Source: a virus (lineage: Duplodnaviria > Caudoviricetes). Taken from it: a stretch of 64,000 nt of DNA. Below, piece after piece: positions 1 through 9,277 of the stretch. Made by a program: the position numbers and the translations under genes. The notes below the pieces were generated by a model that had not been told where the DNA came from, did no database searches, and worked only from the letters and a program-made list of their open reading frames with translations. Where the stretch lies: positions 1-64,000 of IMG/VR virus record IMGVR_UViG_3300028454_000499; one strand, given 5' to 3'. Numbering within the stretch: position 1 is the first letter of the stretch; every line of letters starts with the position of its first letter.

Positions 1-2
1 CC

Positions 3-2711
3 TTGGTAATATTCGATACGTTCCTCGCAATGAGCCTTGCGTACCAGAATTTCCTTGGTAGATTGCAGATTGGCAAGCATCCAGCCCCGGTCTTTCCCCA
101 GATAATCCAATGCACCGGCCTTAATAAGCGATTCCGTGATACCTTTGTTATTGGCACCGGCCACCGTATTCCAATCACTGCTATCTACGAGCGTGAGATT
201 CGCCCCCACGCCTTTGACATAGCACAGACCAACACGGATTGCATCGCCCTCCACGGCCCACTTGCGGTTTCCCTTGGATAAATCTGGAGGGAGCAGCTTA
301 ATCCCCATCCGCTTACATTCTTCGATGTACGGCAGCAGTTTCTTGTGGTCAGACCGGGAATTGAGCAGGGCGCACATATACTGAACCGGGAAATGCGTTT
401 TGAGGAACGCCGTCTTGTATGAGAGTTTGGCATAGGATACCGCATGGCTCTTGTTGAACACATAACGGCCAGCGGCCTCAATCTGCGCCGCCACCTCGGC
501 TGCGACCTCATGCGAATATCCGTTGGCCTCACAGGCAGCAATGAAATCAGCAACGGCTGCCTTGATTTTCGGCAGCTCTTTACGCCCAATAACCTTGCGA
601 AGCCCATCCGCTTGCCCCAGGTCATACCCTGCCATTTTCATGGAGATAAGCATAATCTGCTCTTGATACACCAGCACACCATAGGTCACGCCCGCGATTT
701 CCTCCATCGCCTTGCACGGGTACGATACTTCGATTTTCCCATTTTTGGCATCGACATACTGCTGTAGCATACCAGAATCAATCGGCCCCGGACGATACAG
801 GGCTACAAGCACCGCCAAATCATCGAATCGGCTCGGCTTCAATTCCTGGGCTACCTTCTGCATCCCCGGCGATTCCATCTGGAATATACCTGTGGTATGT
901 CCACCAGCATATACCTCATAAGTAGCCTTGTCATCCATCGGTATGGATTCAAGAGAAAGCGGTGTCTTGATAGCAGAGAGGCACTCGTCAATAATATCCA
1001 AGGTACGAAGCCCCAGAATATCCAGCTTCAAAAGCCCCATATCCTCCAGCGTATGATATTCAAAGGCGGCCACACGGACATACTCACGCTTGCCTGTAGA
1101 AGTATCCGTGGACGTACACCCTTCGACCGGACAATATTTTTCCACTGCATCCGGCGTAACCAGAATAGCCGAAGCATGAACCCCCATTTTATCAATGCGG
1201 CCAGCGAAATGCCGGGCTACATCAAGGAGGCGTTCACGTTCCTCTTGCGTGAAATCGCAATTTACCGTGAGGATTTCATCGAGGGATTCTTGCAGGTCTT
1301 TGGTTACAGCCAGCACCCGTTCCCGTGTCCAGCGCATACCAGTGTCCTGCTTGTCCTTCTTCCTGCGGTCAACTTCTGTTCTTTGCTCGTCAGTCAGCCC
1401 CAGATATTCCTCTTTTTCCAATGCCTGCTGCGCCCGGAGCACAGCCTGTTTGCCCACATCGGGCTTATCCGGATTCTTTGTGTAACCATAGGTGGTTACC
1501 TTATATACCGTACCATAGTGCTCCCGGATGTAGTCGATGATTTTCCCTCGATTGTCCGTAGACACATCGGTATCAATATCTGCCGGCGATTGACGCTGTG
1601 GATTGCAGAAACGGAAAAACGCCGTGTCATACTTAATGCTGTCCACCTTATGAAAGCCCATGAGATACCCAATAAGGCATCCTGCGGCAGAACCGCGCCC
1701 TTCACCAACGGGAATATTATTTTTTACACACCAGTTTACGAGGTCCCAGATGATAAGCAGGTAATTGAGATAATTGGCTTTTTTGAGGTCAACCATTTCT
1801 TTCTCAAAGCGTTCTCCGTATTCCTTATACTTACCTTTGGGGACTTTTGCCCGCCAGTTCTCCCGGCAGATTTCCCGGATGACTTCTTCGGCATCGCGCT
1901 CCGTATACATCGGATAGTGCATACCGCCAAACTCAATGGTAACATTGCATCGCTCGGCAATGGCGGCGGTATTTGCAATGGCTTCTTCCTTCACATCATC
2001 GGGAATCCAGAGCGTGTCCCGGATTTCCTGCTCCGACCAGAGGTAGTTTTCATTGTCGTGGTAGCCATTGCCATGAATTTGCAGCCACAGATAATGGTAA
2101 GGTTCATCCTCGGACTTGGCATAGTGAGCATCCGTGGTAACCACCAGAGGGACATTGTGTTTCCTTGCCAGACCAATGACCTTCTCGTTGTACTCCCACT
2201 GCCGGTCAATGTCCAACGGCTGAATCTCGGCATAGAATCGGTCACCGAAGATTTCCTTGAACTTCAAGAACCAATCCTCGCCATCCTCCGTATTGACTAT
2301 GGATGCCATACACGCAGACAGACAAATTATACCACCACAATGCTCTCGCAGGTCTGATTCGTCAATGCGCGGCTTGTAGAACATATGGTCCTCACGATAG
2401 GCAATGGAATCCAGTTCTTTGAGATTCCGGTATCCTTCCTCATTCATGGCCAAGAGTACCAGATGATGCGTAAAGGAACGGTCACGGATGGTTACATCGG
2501 GACAAAAATAAAATTCACAACCGATAATCGGCTTGATTTCCTGCGCTACGCACTCTCTGTAGAACATAACTGCTCCACGCATGGTTCCATGGTCTGTAAG
2601 GGAAATAGCAGGATACCCCAAAGCCTTTGCCTGGGTAACCAGCTCCTTTACCGTCTGGTAACCATCGAGCAGACTAAAATCGCTATGATTATGCAGCGAA
2701 CAGTAGTTCAT
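3..2711 (-). CDS. dnaE: DNA polymerase III alpha subunit with PHP domain; 3' end lies beyond the left window edge
   Basis: Manual translation (absent from the ORF track because no stop is in the window): ATG 2711 after GGAGG; MNYCSLHNHSDFSLLDG, TDHG, GRGSAAG, PADIDTD, LYRPGP, YQEQIM, FNKSHA. Confidence 0.95.
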   Translation of the reverse strand, partial: MNYCSLHNHSDFSLLDGYQTVKELVTQAKALGYPAISLTDHGTMRGAVMFYRECVAQEIKPIIGCEFYFCPDVTIRDRSFTHHLVLLAMNEEGYRNLKELDSIAYREDHMFYKPRIDESDLREHCGGIICLSACMASIVNTEDGEDWFLKFKEIFGDRFYAEIQPLDIDRQWEYNEKVIGLARKHNVPLVVTTDAHYAKSEDEPYHYLWLQIHGNGYHDNENYLWSEQEIRDTLWIPDDVKEEAIANTAAIAERCNVTIEFGGMHYPMYTERDAEEVIREICRENWRAKVPKGKYKEYGERFEKEMVDLKKANYLNYLLIIWDLVNWCVKNNIPVGEGRGSAAGCLIGYLMGFHKVDSIKYDTAFFRFCNPQRQSPADIDTDVSTDNRGKIIDYIREHYGTVYKVTTYGYTKNPDKPDVGKQAVLRAQQALEKEEYLGLTDEQRTEVDRRKKDKQDTGMRWTRERVLAVTKDLQESLDEILTVNCDFTQEERERLLDVARHFAGRIDKMGVHASAILVTPDAVEKYCPVEGCTSTDTSTGKREYVRVAAFEYHTLEDMGLLKLDILGLRTLDIIDECLSAIKTPLSLESIPMDDKATYEVYAGGHTTGIFQMESPGMQKVAQELKPSRFDDLAVLVALYRPGPIDSGMLQQYVDAKNGKIEVSYPCKAMEEIAGVTYGVLVYQEQIMLISMKMAGYDLGQADGLRKVIGRKELPKIKAAVADFIAACEANGYSHEVAAEVAAQIEAAGRYVFNKSHAVSYAKLSYKTAFLKTHFPVQYMCALLNSRSDHKKLLPYIEECKRMGIKLLPPDLSKGNRKWAVEGDAIRVGLCYVKGVGANLTLVDSSDWNTVAGANNKGITESLIKAGALDYLGKDRGWMLANLQSTKEILVRKAHCEERIEYYQ

Positions 2712-2714
2712 CTA

Positions 2715-2918
2715 TCACACCTCCAACGACGGACTGGGAATTTTCCCCATGCTGTTCCACGCCGACAAGAACCGGAATAGCTTATTTTTATTCTCGGCAA
2801 CATTCTGGGGGACATACGAGAGAATATTCGGCACAGACCTATGCTCTCTAAGCTGGATTTTCTCTATCTGCTCGGCAATATCATTGATAATCATGGATTT
2901 ATCAGTCCTTTCGTACAT
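2715..2918 (-). CDS. Hypothetical protein, 67 aa
   Basis: ORF directly upstream of dnaE; its 3' end contains the dnaE RBS. Confidence 0.6.
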   Translation of the reverse strand: MYERTDKSMIINDIAEQIEKIQLREHRSVPNILSYVPQNVAENKNKLFRFLSAWNSMGKIPSPSLEV

Positions 2919-2956
2919 TTTTTAGGGGGGTTCCTCTGTAACGCTCCAGAAGCGTC

Positions 2957-3020
2957 TACAACGTTATAATGGTATAATGCTATACAATTACACCATTACA
3001 ATGTTATAACGCTGTTACAG
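2957..3020. repeat. 8-bp-phased repeat array A
   Basis: tacaacgt tataatgg tataatgc tatacaat tacaccat tacaatgt tataacgc tgttacag. Confidence 0.85.
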
Positions 3021-3034
3021 GAGATTTTAGACGT

Positions 3035-3205
3035 TCATTTTTTGTTAGGGACATAGACAACCGGCAAATCTTCCCTCAATCGGTAGATTTCCCTGTGACA
3101 GGCCTCAATTTCCGCTTGGTAATCCAACGCCACATCCCGGACAATCCATAGGAGCATCCAGGACACGGCAAGGAGAAAACCAAGAATCAAATCTAGCGTG
3201 GTCAT
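3035..3205 (-). CDS. Small membrane protein, 56 aa
   Basis: Manual translation MTTLDLILGFLLAVSWMLLWIVRD...; ATGA overlap with the Bro-N stop. Confidence 0.65.
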   Translation of the reverse strand: MTTLDLILGFLLAVSWMLLWIVRDVALDYQAEIEACHREIYRLREDLPVVYVPNKK

Positions 3206-4443
3206 GCGGTAACTTTGACCATCTGGAGCATCTTATCAGCCACGAGAATAGCATCGTCAACTCTGTCGGTGATTTCTAAGAAATCTGGGGTAGTGACCCT
3301 CTTAGTTATTCCTTCGCGTTTTTTGTAGTTAGTGATAAGGCTTTTCAGATTACAGTGATAGGCCGCATTGTACCCTCTGGTGAAATCTGCCCATGCTCCA
3401 GGATAACCAACCCCGGCTTGCGCCGAATAAAGGTTGACCATACTCACAAGTTTCTGCCGAGGAGTCCCATTGGGATTAACCCTGTTGATTGAATCAATCC
3501 GGCTATTTACCACGGCAATCTCTTTGTCATGCGCTGCTTGTGCTTCTTCTATGGCCTTGATTTTCTTTTCCTGTTCCATAAGTGCCGCTGTTGCCCTATG
3601 CAGGATTTCAAGTTCAGACATAGGCTTGACAACGTACTGACCAGTCTTACGGATTTCTTTGAGGATTTCCTTAACCTTCTTCTTGAACTGCTTAGCGATG
3701 GGCTTGCGGCTCTGCATAAGCACTTCATACAGACCATCTTCGGTGAGGAACCAGACTTCATCATTGATATTTCCACCGTGGGGAAGATTGTTCCCCACGG
3801 AAATCTTAGTCTTTTCATCATCGTCAATGCCCTTTAACATCTTAGAAACATCGCGATGGATATGCCGCGAATCCTTCCACGCATAATCAATCCACTCAGC
3901 CACATCCTTTGCCAAGAACAACGGCTGCTCTGCCGTACCGTAGATACGGAACTGCTTGCCCAATACTTCCTGCTCGTTGATAATCTCTAACTCATTTGCC
4001 ATTTTCTTATCCTCCACAAAATCTCTCTGACACTCATGTAATCTCGGAATCGCTTTTTCCTTCAAGAACGAATCCATTGACCTGCCGTTGCAATCCCACG
4101 ATGACGGCTCCAGCTGCATGATGCCGGCCTCGTTTATAAGATGTACCTGCAACGCATCACCATGAATGTTCTCGGTCAATTCAATGTAGTCAACCACGCC
4201 AGTCACCGGCGAAATAACCTTGCCATCTTTGTTCAGTACGAATTTATAATCGGGACTTACATAGTAATCCCCGGAACCGTAACCGAACAGCCCCATAATG
4301 TCCTCGCGGACCAGCCATAGGTTATCCGCGGTGACGATGAACCGGATATTGGAGAGCGTTATTACCTTCGCTTTAGTCAAGGCGCACACCATCTGCCATC
4401 TTCTCGATTGCATTGATAAGCCCCTCGTATTGAGCGTGGTCAC
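3202..4443 (-). CDS. Bro-N domain protein (antirepressor-like), probably with a second degenerate Bro-N at the N-terminus; true start likely near 4380-4392
   Basis: FRIYGTAEQPLFLAKDVAEW...LTEDGLYEVLMQSRKPIAKQFKKKVKEILKEIRKTGQY. Confidence 0.85.
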   Translation of the reverse strand: MTTLNTRGLSMQSRRWQMVCALTKAKVITLSNIRFIVTADNLWLVREDIMGLFGYGSGDYYVSPDYKFVLNKDGKVISPVTGVVDYIELTENIHGDALQVHLINEAGIMQLEPSSWDCNGRSMDSFLKEKAIPRLHECQRDFVEDKKMANELEIINEQEVLGKQFRIYGTAEQPLFLAKDVAEWIDYAWKDSRHIHRDVSKMLKGIDDDEKTKISVGNNLPHGGNINDEVWFLTEDGLYEVLMQSRKPIAKQFKKKVKEILKEIRKTGQYVVKPMSELEILHRATAALMEQEKKIKAIEEAQAAHDKEIAVVNSRIDSINRVNPNGTPRQKLVSMVNLYSAQAGVGYPGAWADFTRGYNAAYHCNLKSLITNYKKREGITKRVTTPDFLEITDRVDDAILVADKMLQMVKVTA

Positions 4444-4627
4444 CCCGGCGATAAATCTTTGCCTTTTCCTTTTGGTCGCAGAAATCAGTTTCCACCGTTA
4501 TTGCGCCGCACATATCAATGCGCCATCTGTGCGGACACTTAGGAAACCGCTGCTTGTTCTTGTATGACCGGGCGAGTTCAACCTTTCGCCCATCCTTAGT
4601 TGTGATTATGTACTTAACGTATTTCAT
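4373..4627 (-). CDS. Hypothetical protein, 84 aa
   Basis: First ORF after the promoter at 4670-4698. Confidence 0.65.
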   Translation of the reverse strand: MKYVKYIITTKDGRKVELARSYKNKQRFPKCPHRWRIDMCGAITVETDFCDQKEKAKIYRRGDHAQYEGLINAIEKMADGVRLD

Positions 4628-4669
4628 TATTATTCTGACCTCATGTTAAATATTTTTGACAACAACTAT

Positions 4670-4705
4670 ATTCTACAAGCGTTAATTATTATTGTCAAGC
4701 GTTAA
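4670..4705 (-). promoter_or_regulatory. Sigma70-type promoter with operator-like direct repeat
   Basis: Minus strand TTGACA-17-TAGAAT; TTAACGCTTG repeated at 4676-4685 and 4696-4705. Confidence 0.75.
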
Positions 4706-4712
4706 ATAAAAC

Positions 4713-4752
4713 AAAAAATGGGGTCACCAAGGATTTTTCCCCAGTGACCCCA
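4713..4752 (-). terminator. Rho-independent terminator ending the lysis operon
   Basis: TGGGGTCAC/GTGACCCCA stem followed by a T-tract on the minus strand. Confidence 0.8.
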
Positions 4753-4756
4753 AGTA

Positions 4757-5317
4757 TTAAAACACCGCTACAAGCAGCCCTACCCCTGCCCCCGCAAGGA
4801 AAGACTGCACTTCTCTCTTGTGCCGCTTATTTTTCTCCACTTTCATTTCCTCGGTATGAGCCTTATTCAACACCTCGGTATTCTCCTTGACCGCAGCCTG
4901 TACTTCCCGATCCACTATGGGCGTTACATCCAATACGGCTTCGGACTTCTGCTCTACCTGCAATTTTCCCTGGTCAAACTTCTGCTTCTCCGTGGTCAGC
5001 CCATCAAGTTCCGTTTTCTCTCCGTTGTAGGACACTGCGATTTTCGGCGCAGGATTCTCAATCTGTACATCTGCATCCGCAGGCGTATCCTTGGCAACGT
5101 ACTTAATCACCGTATCGCCCTTGACCTCTACGGGGATTTCCACCGGCACAGGCTTTTCCACCTCTACGGTCTGTACTTCGGTCTTGACCACCGTATTTGC
5201 CCCGAAGTGCTTACAAGCGAACCATCCACCGAAGAACAATGCTACAGCCAGAACCGCAGCCCCGATATACTTTGCATTGCCTTTTACCCATCCGAAAAAT
5301 CTCTTTATCTTTTCCAT
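4757..5317 (-). CDS. Spanin-like lysis protein candidate with hydrophobic segments at both ends
   Basis: Last gene of the lysis cassette; N-term IGAAVLAVALFFGGWFAC, C-term FLAGAGVGLLVAVF. Confidence 0.5.
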   Translation of the reverse strand: MEKIKRFFGWVKGNAKYIGAAVLAVALFFGGWFACKHFGANTVVKTEVQTVEVEKPVPVEIPVEVKGDTVIKYVAKDTPADADVQIENPAPKIAVSYNGEKTELDGLTTEKQKFDQGKLQVEQKSEAVLDVTPIVDREVQAAVKENTEVLNKAHTEEMKVEKNKRHKREVQSFLAGAGVGLLVAVF

Positions 5318-5374
5318 TTACGCATCGCTCCCTTCCATTTATCCCGCCGTTCAGCCTACGGCGTGTTCCCATGA

Positions 5375-5983
5375 TTACCCCTGCTGATTACGATACCAAT
5401 TTGCCTTACCACGGAGAACATCGCCCCCACGGCTGCCATCGTCAGCCCAAGGATTATATGCAGGGCTTTCGTCCGTCCCCAGATATTCCAAGTCCCAGCG
5501 TTCCACCGTGGTTTTAGGACCGTAGCTGTCATGCGACCATAAGCCATCCTCGTTATCTGCGGCCTCTCCATGGGTAAGAACATGGTCCATATCAATGGTC
5601 AGCCACAGACCATCTGCCACCGCTACAATAGCCTGCGCCATAGCCTCAATCTGTGCTTCCGTAGGTGGTTCCGGTCCAAGGTCACTCGTATTTGCCTTGT
5701 AACCGCAGCATAAGCTGATGCCCACAGCACCGGTATTACGCCGCCATGTATGCGCCTTTACCTCGTCCAAATCGCCGGTTACATAAAGTTCCCCGTTCTT
5801 GCTGATATTCACATGGTAATCATCGAAAACCGTATCATAATGCCCTGCGCTCCAATGCAGGTAAATTTTCGGTTCTCTGCCGTAAGCCTGTGCCTGTGCC
5901 CAGATGCTTTCCCTGGCATCCGCAGCCATCTGTTTTAATTCCTCAATGCTCACCTTTACTGCCATACGCATCATCCCTTCCAT
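5375..5983 (-). CDS. Endolysin, N-acetylmuramoyl-L-alanine amidase (Amidase_2-like)
   Basis: IYLHW...YHVNI...AHTWRRNTGAVGISLC...VLTH Zn-ligand pattern; next to holin. Confidence 0.85.
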   Translation of the reverse strand: MEGMMRMAVKVSIEELKQMAADARESIWAQAQAYGREPKIYLHWSAGHYDTVFDDYHVNISKNGELYVTGDLDEVKAHTWRRNTGAVGISLCCGYKANTSDLGPEPPTEAQIEAMAQAIVAVADGLWLTIDMDHVLTHGEAADNEDGLWSHDSYGPKTTVERWDLEYLGTDESPAYNPWADDGSRGGDVLRGKANWYRNQQG

Positions 5984-6146
5984 GTTCTATTGCCCCACGG
6001 GACATCCAACCAATCAGCCCCGATGCTATCGAGGTTTGTAATTCCTTGCTTCCACCAGTAAACAGCGACAAAATAAGGGCCAGCACCAAGCCAGCCCCTA
6101 CGATTTTATCTACTGTCAACCAGCGAATAAACGCCGTTCCTGTCAC
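5943..6146 (-). CDS. Probable holin (2 TM)
   Basis: GTG start overlapping upstream TGA; IVGAGLVLALILSLF and IASGLIGWM hydrophobic segments. Confidence 0.65.
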   Translation of the reverse strand: MTGTAFIRWLTVDKIVGAGLVLALILSLFTGGSKELQTSIASGLIGWMSRGAIEHGRDDAYGSKGEH

Positions 6147-6391
6147 TTTATCACCCCCGCAATACCTATGGCCACCGCAATCGCCCAAGCTATAAACTCA
6201 CGGACACCGAAAACTTTTGCCGATGTTTCCTCCAGCTTACCAATGCGTTCCTCATGTTCGTCAATAATTGCCCGCAAGCGCACGTTCTCGGCATCCTGCG
6301 TGACCAACATGGTTTCTATCCGGGCAATCCTCTCGGACACTTCCGAAAGTTTTTCATAGAGTTTAATGAGTTGTTCATCCGTCATCCACAC
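6143..6391 (-). CDS. XhlA-like coiled-coil protein with C-terminal TM (lysis cassette)
   Basis: ERIARIET coiled coil followed by FIAWAIAVAIGIAGVI. Confidence 0.65.
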   Translation of the reverse strand: MWMTDEQLIKLYEKLSEVSERIARIETMLVTQDAENVRLRAIIDEHEERIGKLEETSAKVFGVREFIAWAIAVAIGIAGVIK

Positions 6392-6397
6392 ACCCCC

Positions 6398-6760
6398 TTA
6401 CGCTCTTGGTACAGCCTTGGGGTCATAGACAACCTCGCAATCTGCCGGTGCGCCCCACGGCTTATTCTTTTCCAATGACTTATTGGATTTCCGCGCCAAT
6501 ACTATCTTTTTCAGCTTTGGACAGTCCATAAAGGCGTTCTTTTGGATATTCGATACCGTTTTCGGCACAAATACTTCCTCCAAATCGGGAAAACCTGCAA
6601 ACGTATAAGATTCTATGAGATTGAAGTCACTGCTCTTGGGAATTTCAATGTAAGTCGATGACCCCTCAAAGAAACCTATATCATCCGAATTGGTATCCAC
6701 AGTAACATCACTGTCCTTGCTATGGTCGCGACAATCCATAATCGTATTGATAAACGGCAA
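6398..6760 (-). CDS. BspA-type leucine-rich repeat (LRR_5) protein B2
   Basis: IESYTFAGFPDLEEVFVPKTVSNIQKNAFMDCPKLKKI. Confidence 0.8.
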   Translation of the reverse strand: MPFINTIMDCRDHSKDSDVTVDTNSDDIGFFEGSSTYIEIPKSSDFNLIESYTFAGFPDLEEVFVPKTVSNIQKNAFMDCPKLKKIVLARKSNKSLEKNKPWGAPADCEVVYDPKAVPRA

Positions 6761-6761
6761 A

Positions 6762-7175
6762 CTATCCCCTCCACTCTACTTCCGGCTCGTTATCCGCGCC
6801 CCACGGAAAACCTGTGATACTATCCTTGACCGCATGGAAGATAATCTTCCCCGGTGAGGTATCTGCAAAGCAATCCGCAGGTAAAGCCTTAACCGTACTG
6901 GGAAACTCTACGCTGCCAAGGTCACAGTTGCAAAAAGCCTTGCTTGCCACCTCGGTAACACCCTCTGGTACGGTCACCACTAACGGCGTTGATGGCCAGC
7001 AATCATTGAATATATAGCCACGAAGTTTCTTTGTTCCCTGCGGAATATTTACCGCAGGAATTTCCCCCGAATGATAAAGAAGGGCCACGGCAACCGCCGA
7101 AAGCCCTTTATCTCCTGTCGGCTCAACCGCAGCTCCGGCCGGCAATATTTCCATAGGTATCAAGTTTATCAGCAT
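6762..7175 (-). CDS. BspA-type LRR protein A2
   Basis: VTVPEGVTEVASKAFCNCDLGSVEFPSTVKALPADCF. Confidence 0.8.
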   Translation of the reverse strand: MLINLIPMEILPAGAAVEPTGDKGLSAVAVALLYHSGEIPAVNIPQGTKKLRGYIFNDCWPSTPLVVTVPEGVTEVASKAFCNCDLGSVEFPSTVKALPADCFADTSPGKIIFHAVKDSITGFPWGADNEPEVEWRG

Positions 7176-9277
7176 TACATCACCACCAGTTCAAATGTAA
7201 TATCCATCGTAGGGGCTTGTTGCATAGCGCGGAGCGTGATATATCCATCTTCTTGATAAACGCACGAAATACAGGCTTGCGCCACCTGTTTATATATATC
7301 AATAGTGGTGTCATTAGGCAGACCAAGAAACATCACCGAATCTGCCTTGATGGCTGCGTTACTAAGCTCTGCCTCCTTGTTCTTCCAGCCACTAGCAGGA
7401 ATTGTGAAGGTAAACGTGGTTTTCTGCACCGTAGCACCACCAGAGGAGTTGCCGGAACCCTTCGGCAGAACAAAGTTAAGCACGGCATTAGTTTCTGTTC
7501 CCGAATTGGTGACACTAGGCGTATCGCCCTCTGTAACCGTACCGATTTTCACCGTAGCAGCCTTGCCATCCGTACCTTTTTCGCCGTCTTTCCCCGGCGC
7601 TCCATCCGCGCCCTTCTCACCGGGTAAACCACGATCTCCAGTGTCACCCTTTGGGCCTTGTGCTCCATCTTTGCCCTTCAAGGATTCCAGCCATGCTGAT
7701 TCCGAACCCACAAAGCCATTATCAAGGGCAATCTCATAGGCACTTCTACCGTCTTTGCCCGGAGTTCCCGTACCTGTACCGCTGCCCGTGTCCGTCACAG
7801 GCAATGTAAAATCAAGGACAGCATCATTTTCCGTACCTACGTTTACTACACGAGGAGCAGAGCCGGTAGACACCTTGCCAATCTTAATGGTCGCAGCTTT
7901 GCCATCCGCACCTTTTTCCCCGTCCTTCCCCGGTGTTCCATCTTTGCCGTTTTCTCCAGGTAATCCATTCATACCATCCTCACCTTTCAGAGAGTAAAGC
8001 CAAGATGATTCTGTTCCCGAAAAACCATTTTTTACGGCAATTTCGTAAGCAGACTTACCATCCGTGCCATTTTTACCATCTGCCCCCTTTAGCGAAGTCA
8101 GCCATTCCTGTACTGTGCCAGAAAATCCGTTATCCAAGGCTACTTCATAGGCACTGCGGCCATCTTTCCCCTGCGCCCCTTCACCTGTACTGCCCATGGA
8201 CGAAGGGAATGTAAAATTGAGGATGGCATCGAGGTCTGTTCCAACGTTTTCCACGGCAACCTTATCGCCAATTTTCACATCGCCCACCTTGATTCGTGCC
8301 GATGTTCCATCGTAGCCACGCAAGGAAGATAACCAGCCCTTTTCATCGCCCTTAAAGCCATTATCCACGGCAATATCATAGGCAGACTTGCCATCTTCCC
8401 CTTTTAGCGTATAAAGCCAGTCTTTCTCTGTACCGGAAAAGCCCAGACTAACAGCGGATTCATAGGCAGATTTACCCGGTGCGCCCTGCTTTATACTGGA
8501 ATAACTCGGCATAACAATATCCAGAACTACATCCGTAGGCGTTCCCACATTTTCGACTTTGAACTCATTTTCATTGGAAAACACAACTTTGCCAATCTGA
8601 AATGTAGCCGATTTCCCTGGAGAACCGTCCACGCCATTAGTACCGTCTTTGCCGTCCTTGCCATTTACGCCGTCAGCACCTTTTAGCGTAGCAAGCCAAT
8701 TAACCTCCGAGGAATTGTAGCCGTTTTTCACCGCAATTTCATAGGCTGAAAGACCATTTTTTCCATCCTTGCCATCTTCGCCGTTAGTGCCGTCCTTCCC
8801 CGGTTTGCCATTTGCGCCGTTCTTGCCGTCAGCACCCTTTAGGGTTTCGAGAAATTCCTTTTCTGTACCCGTGAAACCATTTTCCCTGGCTATGTCATAT
8901 ACGGATTTTCCCACGGCATCTTTACCGTCTTTGCCGTCCTTGCCAGGTGCTCCAGTGTCCCCCTTATCTCCTTTTTCGCCTTTCAGAGAAGCCAGCCACG
9001 CTGATTCCGAGCCTGTAAATCCACGCCGAACTGCAATAGCATACGCTGATTCGCCGTCCTTACCTGGAGTGCCACTGCCACTACCTGTCGATTCCCCAGT
9101 ACCACTTCCGCGATTCTCATATAGCCACCGCAGATTTTCCGCAATCACATCATACAAACCATTATTATCACCAGTAGCAAACGCTGTTTCCTTACCTGCC
9201 ACACCGGCCTTAACGATATTGTCATCCTTATCTCGCTGCTCCAAATACTGAAATCCTGCATTAAGCAAATTTACCAT
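7175..9277 (-). CDS. Collagen-like tail fibre 2
   Basis: GxY triplets and about 9 copies of G.SAYE.A...GF.G.E..WL.SLKG; likely start MVNLLNAG after GGAGG. Confidence 0.85.
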   Translation of the reverse strand: MVNLLNAGFQYLEQRDKDDNIVKAGVAGKETAFATGDNNGLYDVIAENLRWLYENRGSGTGESTGSGSGTPGKDGESAYAIAVRRGFTGSESAWLASLKGEKGDKGDTGAPGKDGKDGKDAVGKSVYDIARENGFTGTEKEFLETLKGADGKNGANGKPGKDGTNGEDGKDGKNGLSAYEIAVKNGYNSSEVNWLATLKGADGVNGKDGKDGTNGVDGSPGKSATFQIGKVVFSNENEFKVENVGTPTDVVLDIVMPSYSSIKQGAPGKSAYESAVSLGFSGTEKDWLYTLKGEDGKSAYDIAVDNGFKGDEKGWLSSLRGYDGTSARIKVGDVKIGDKVAVENVGTDLDAILNFTFPSSMGSTGEGAQGKDGRSAYEVALDNGFSGTVQEWLTSLKGADGKNGTDGKSAYEIAVKNGFSGTESSWLYSLKGEDGMNGLPGENGKDGTPGKDGEKGADGKAATIKIGKVSTGSAPRVVNVGTENDAVLDFTLPVTDTGSGTGTGTPGKDGRSAYEIALDNGFVGSESAWLESLKGKDGAQGPKGDTGDRGLPGEKGADGAPGKDGEKGTDGKAATVKIGTVTEGDTPSVTNSGTETNAVLNFVLPKGSGNSSGGATVQKTTFTFTIPASGWKNKEAELSNAAIKADSVMFLGLPNDTTIDIYKQVAQACISCVYQEDGYITLRAMQQAPTMDITFELVVM

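Noticed and set aside
897-2357. 486-aa plus-strand ORF and other long antisense ORFs (e.g. 23548-24909, 31374-32399, 35602-36804, 58934-59938)
   Set aside because: Shadow frames opposite motif-bearing genes; no RBS or recognisable domains
5356-5595. Alternative-frame ORF in the endolysin as an embedded spanin
   Set aside because: No lipobox Cys or signal peptide; no RBS seen
7400-9100. Collagen-region DNA repeats as a regulatory array
   Set aside because: Fully explained by protein repeats of fibre 2
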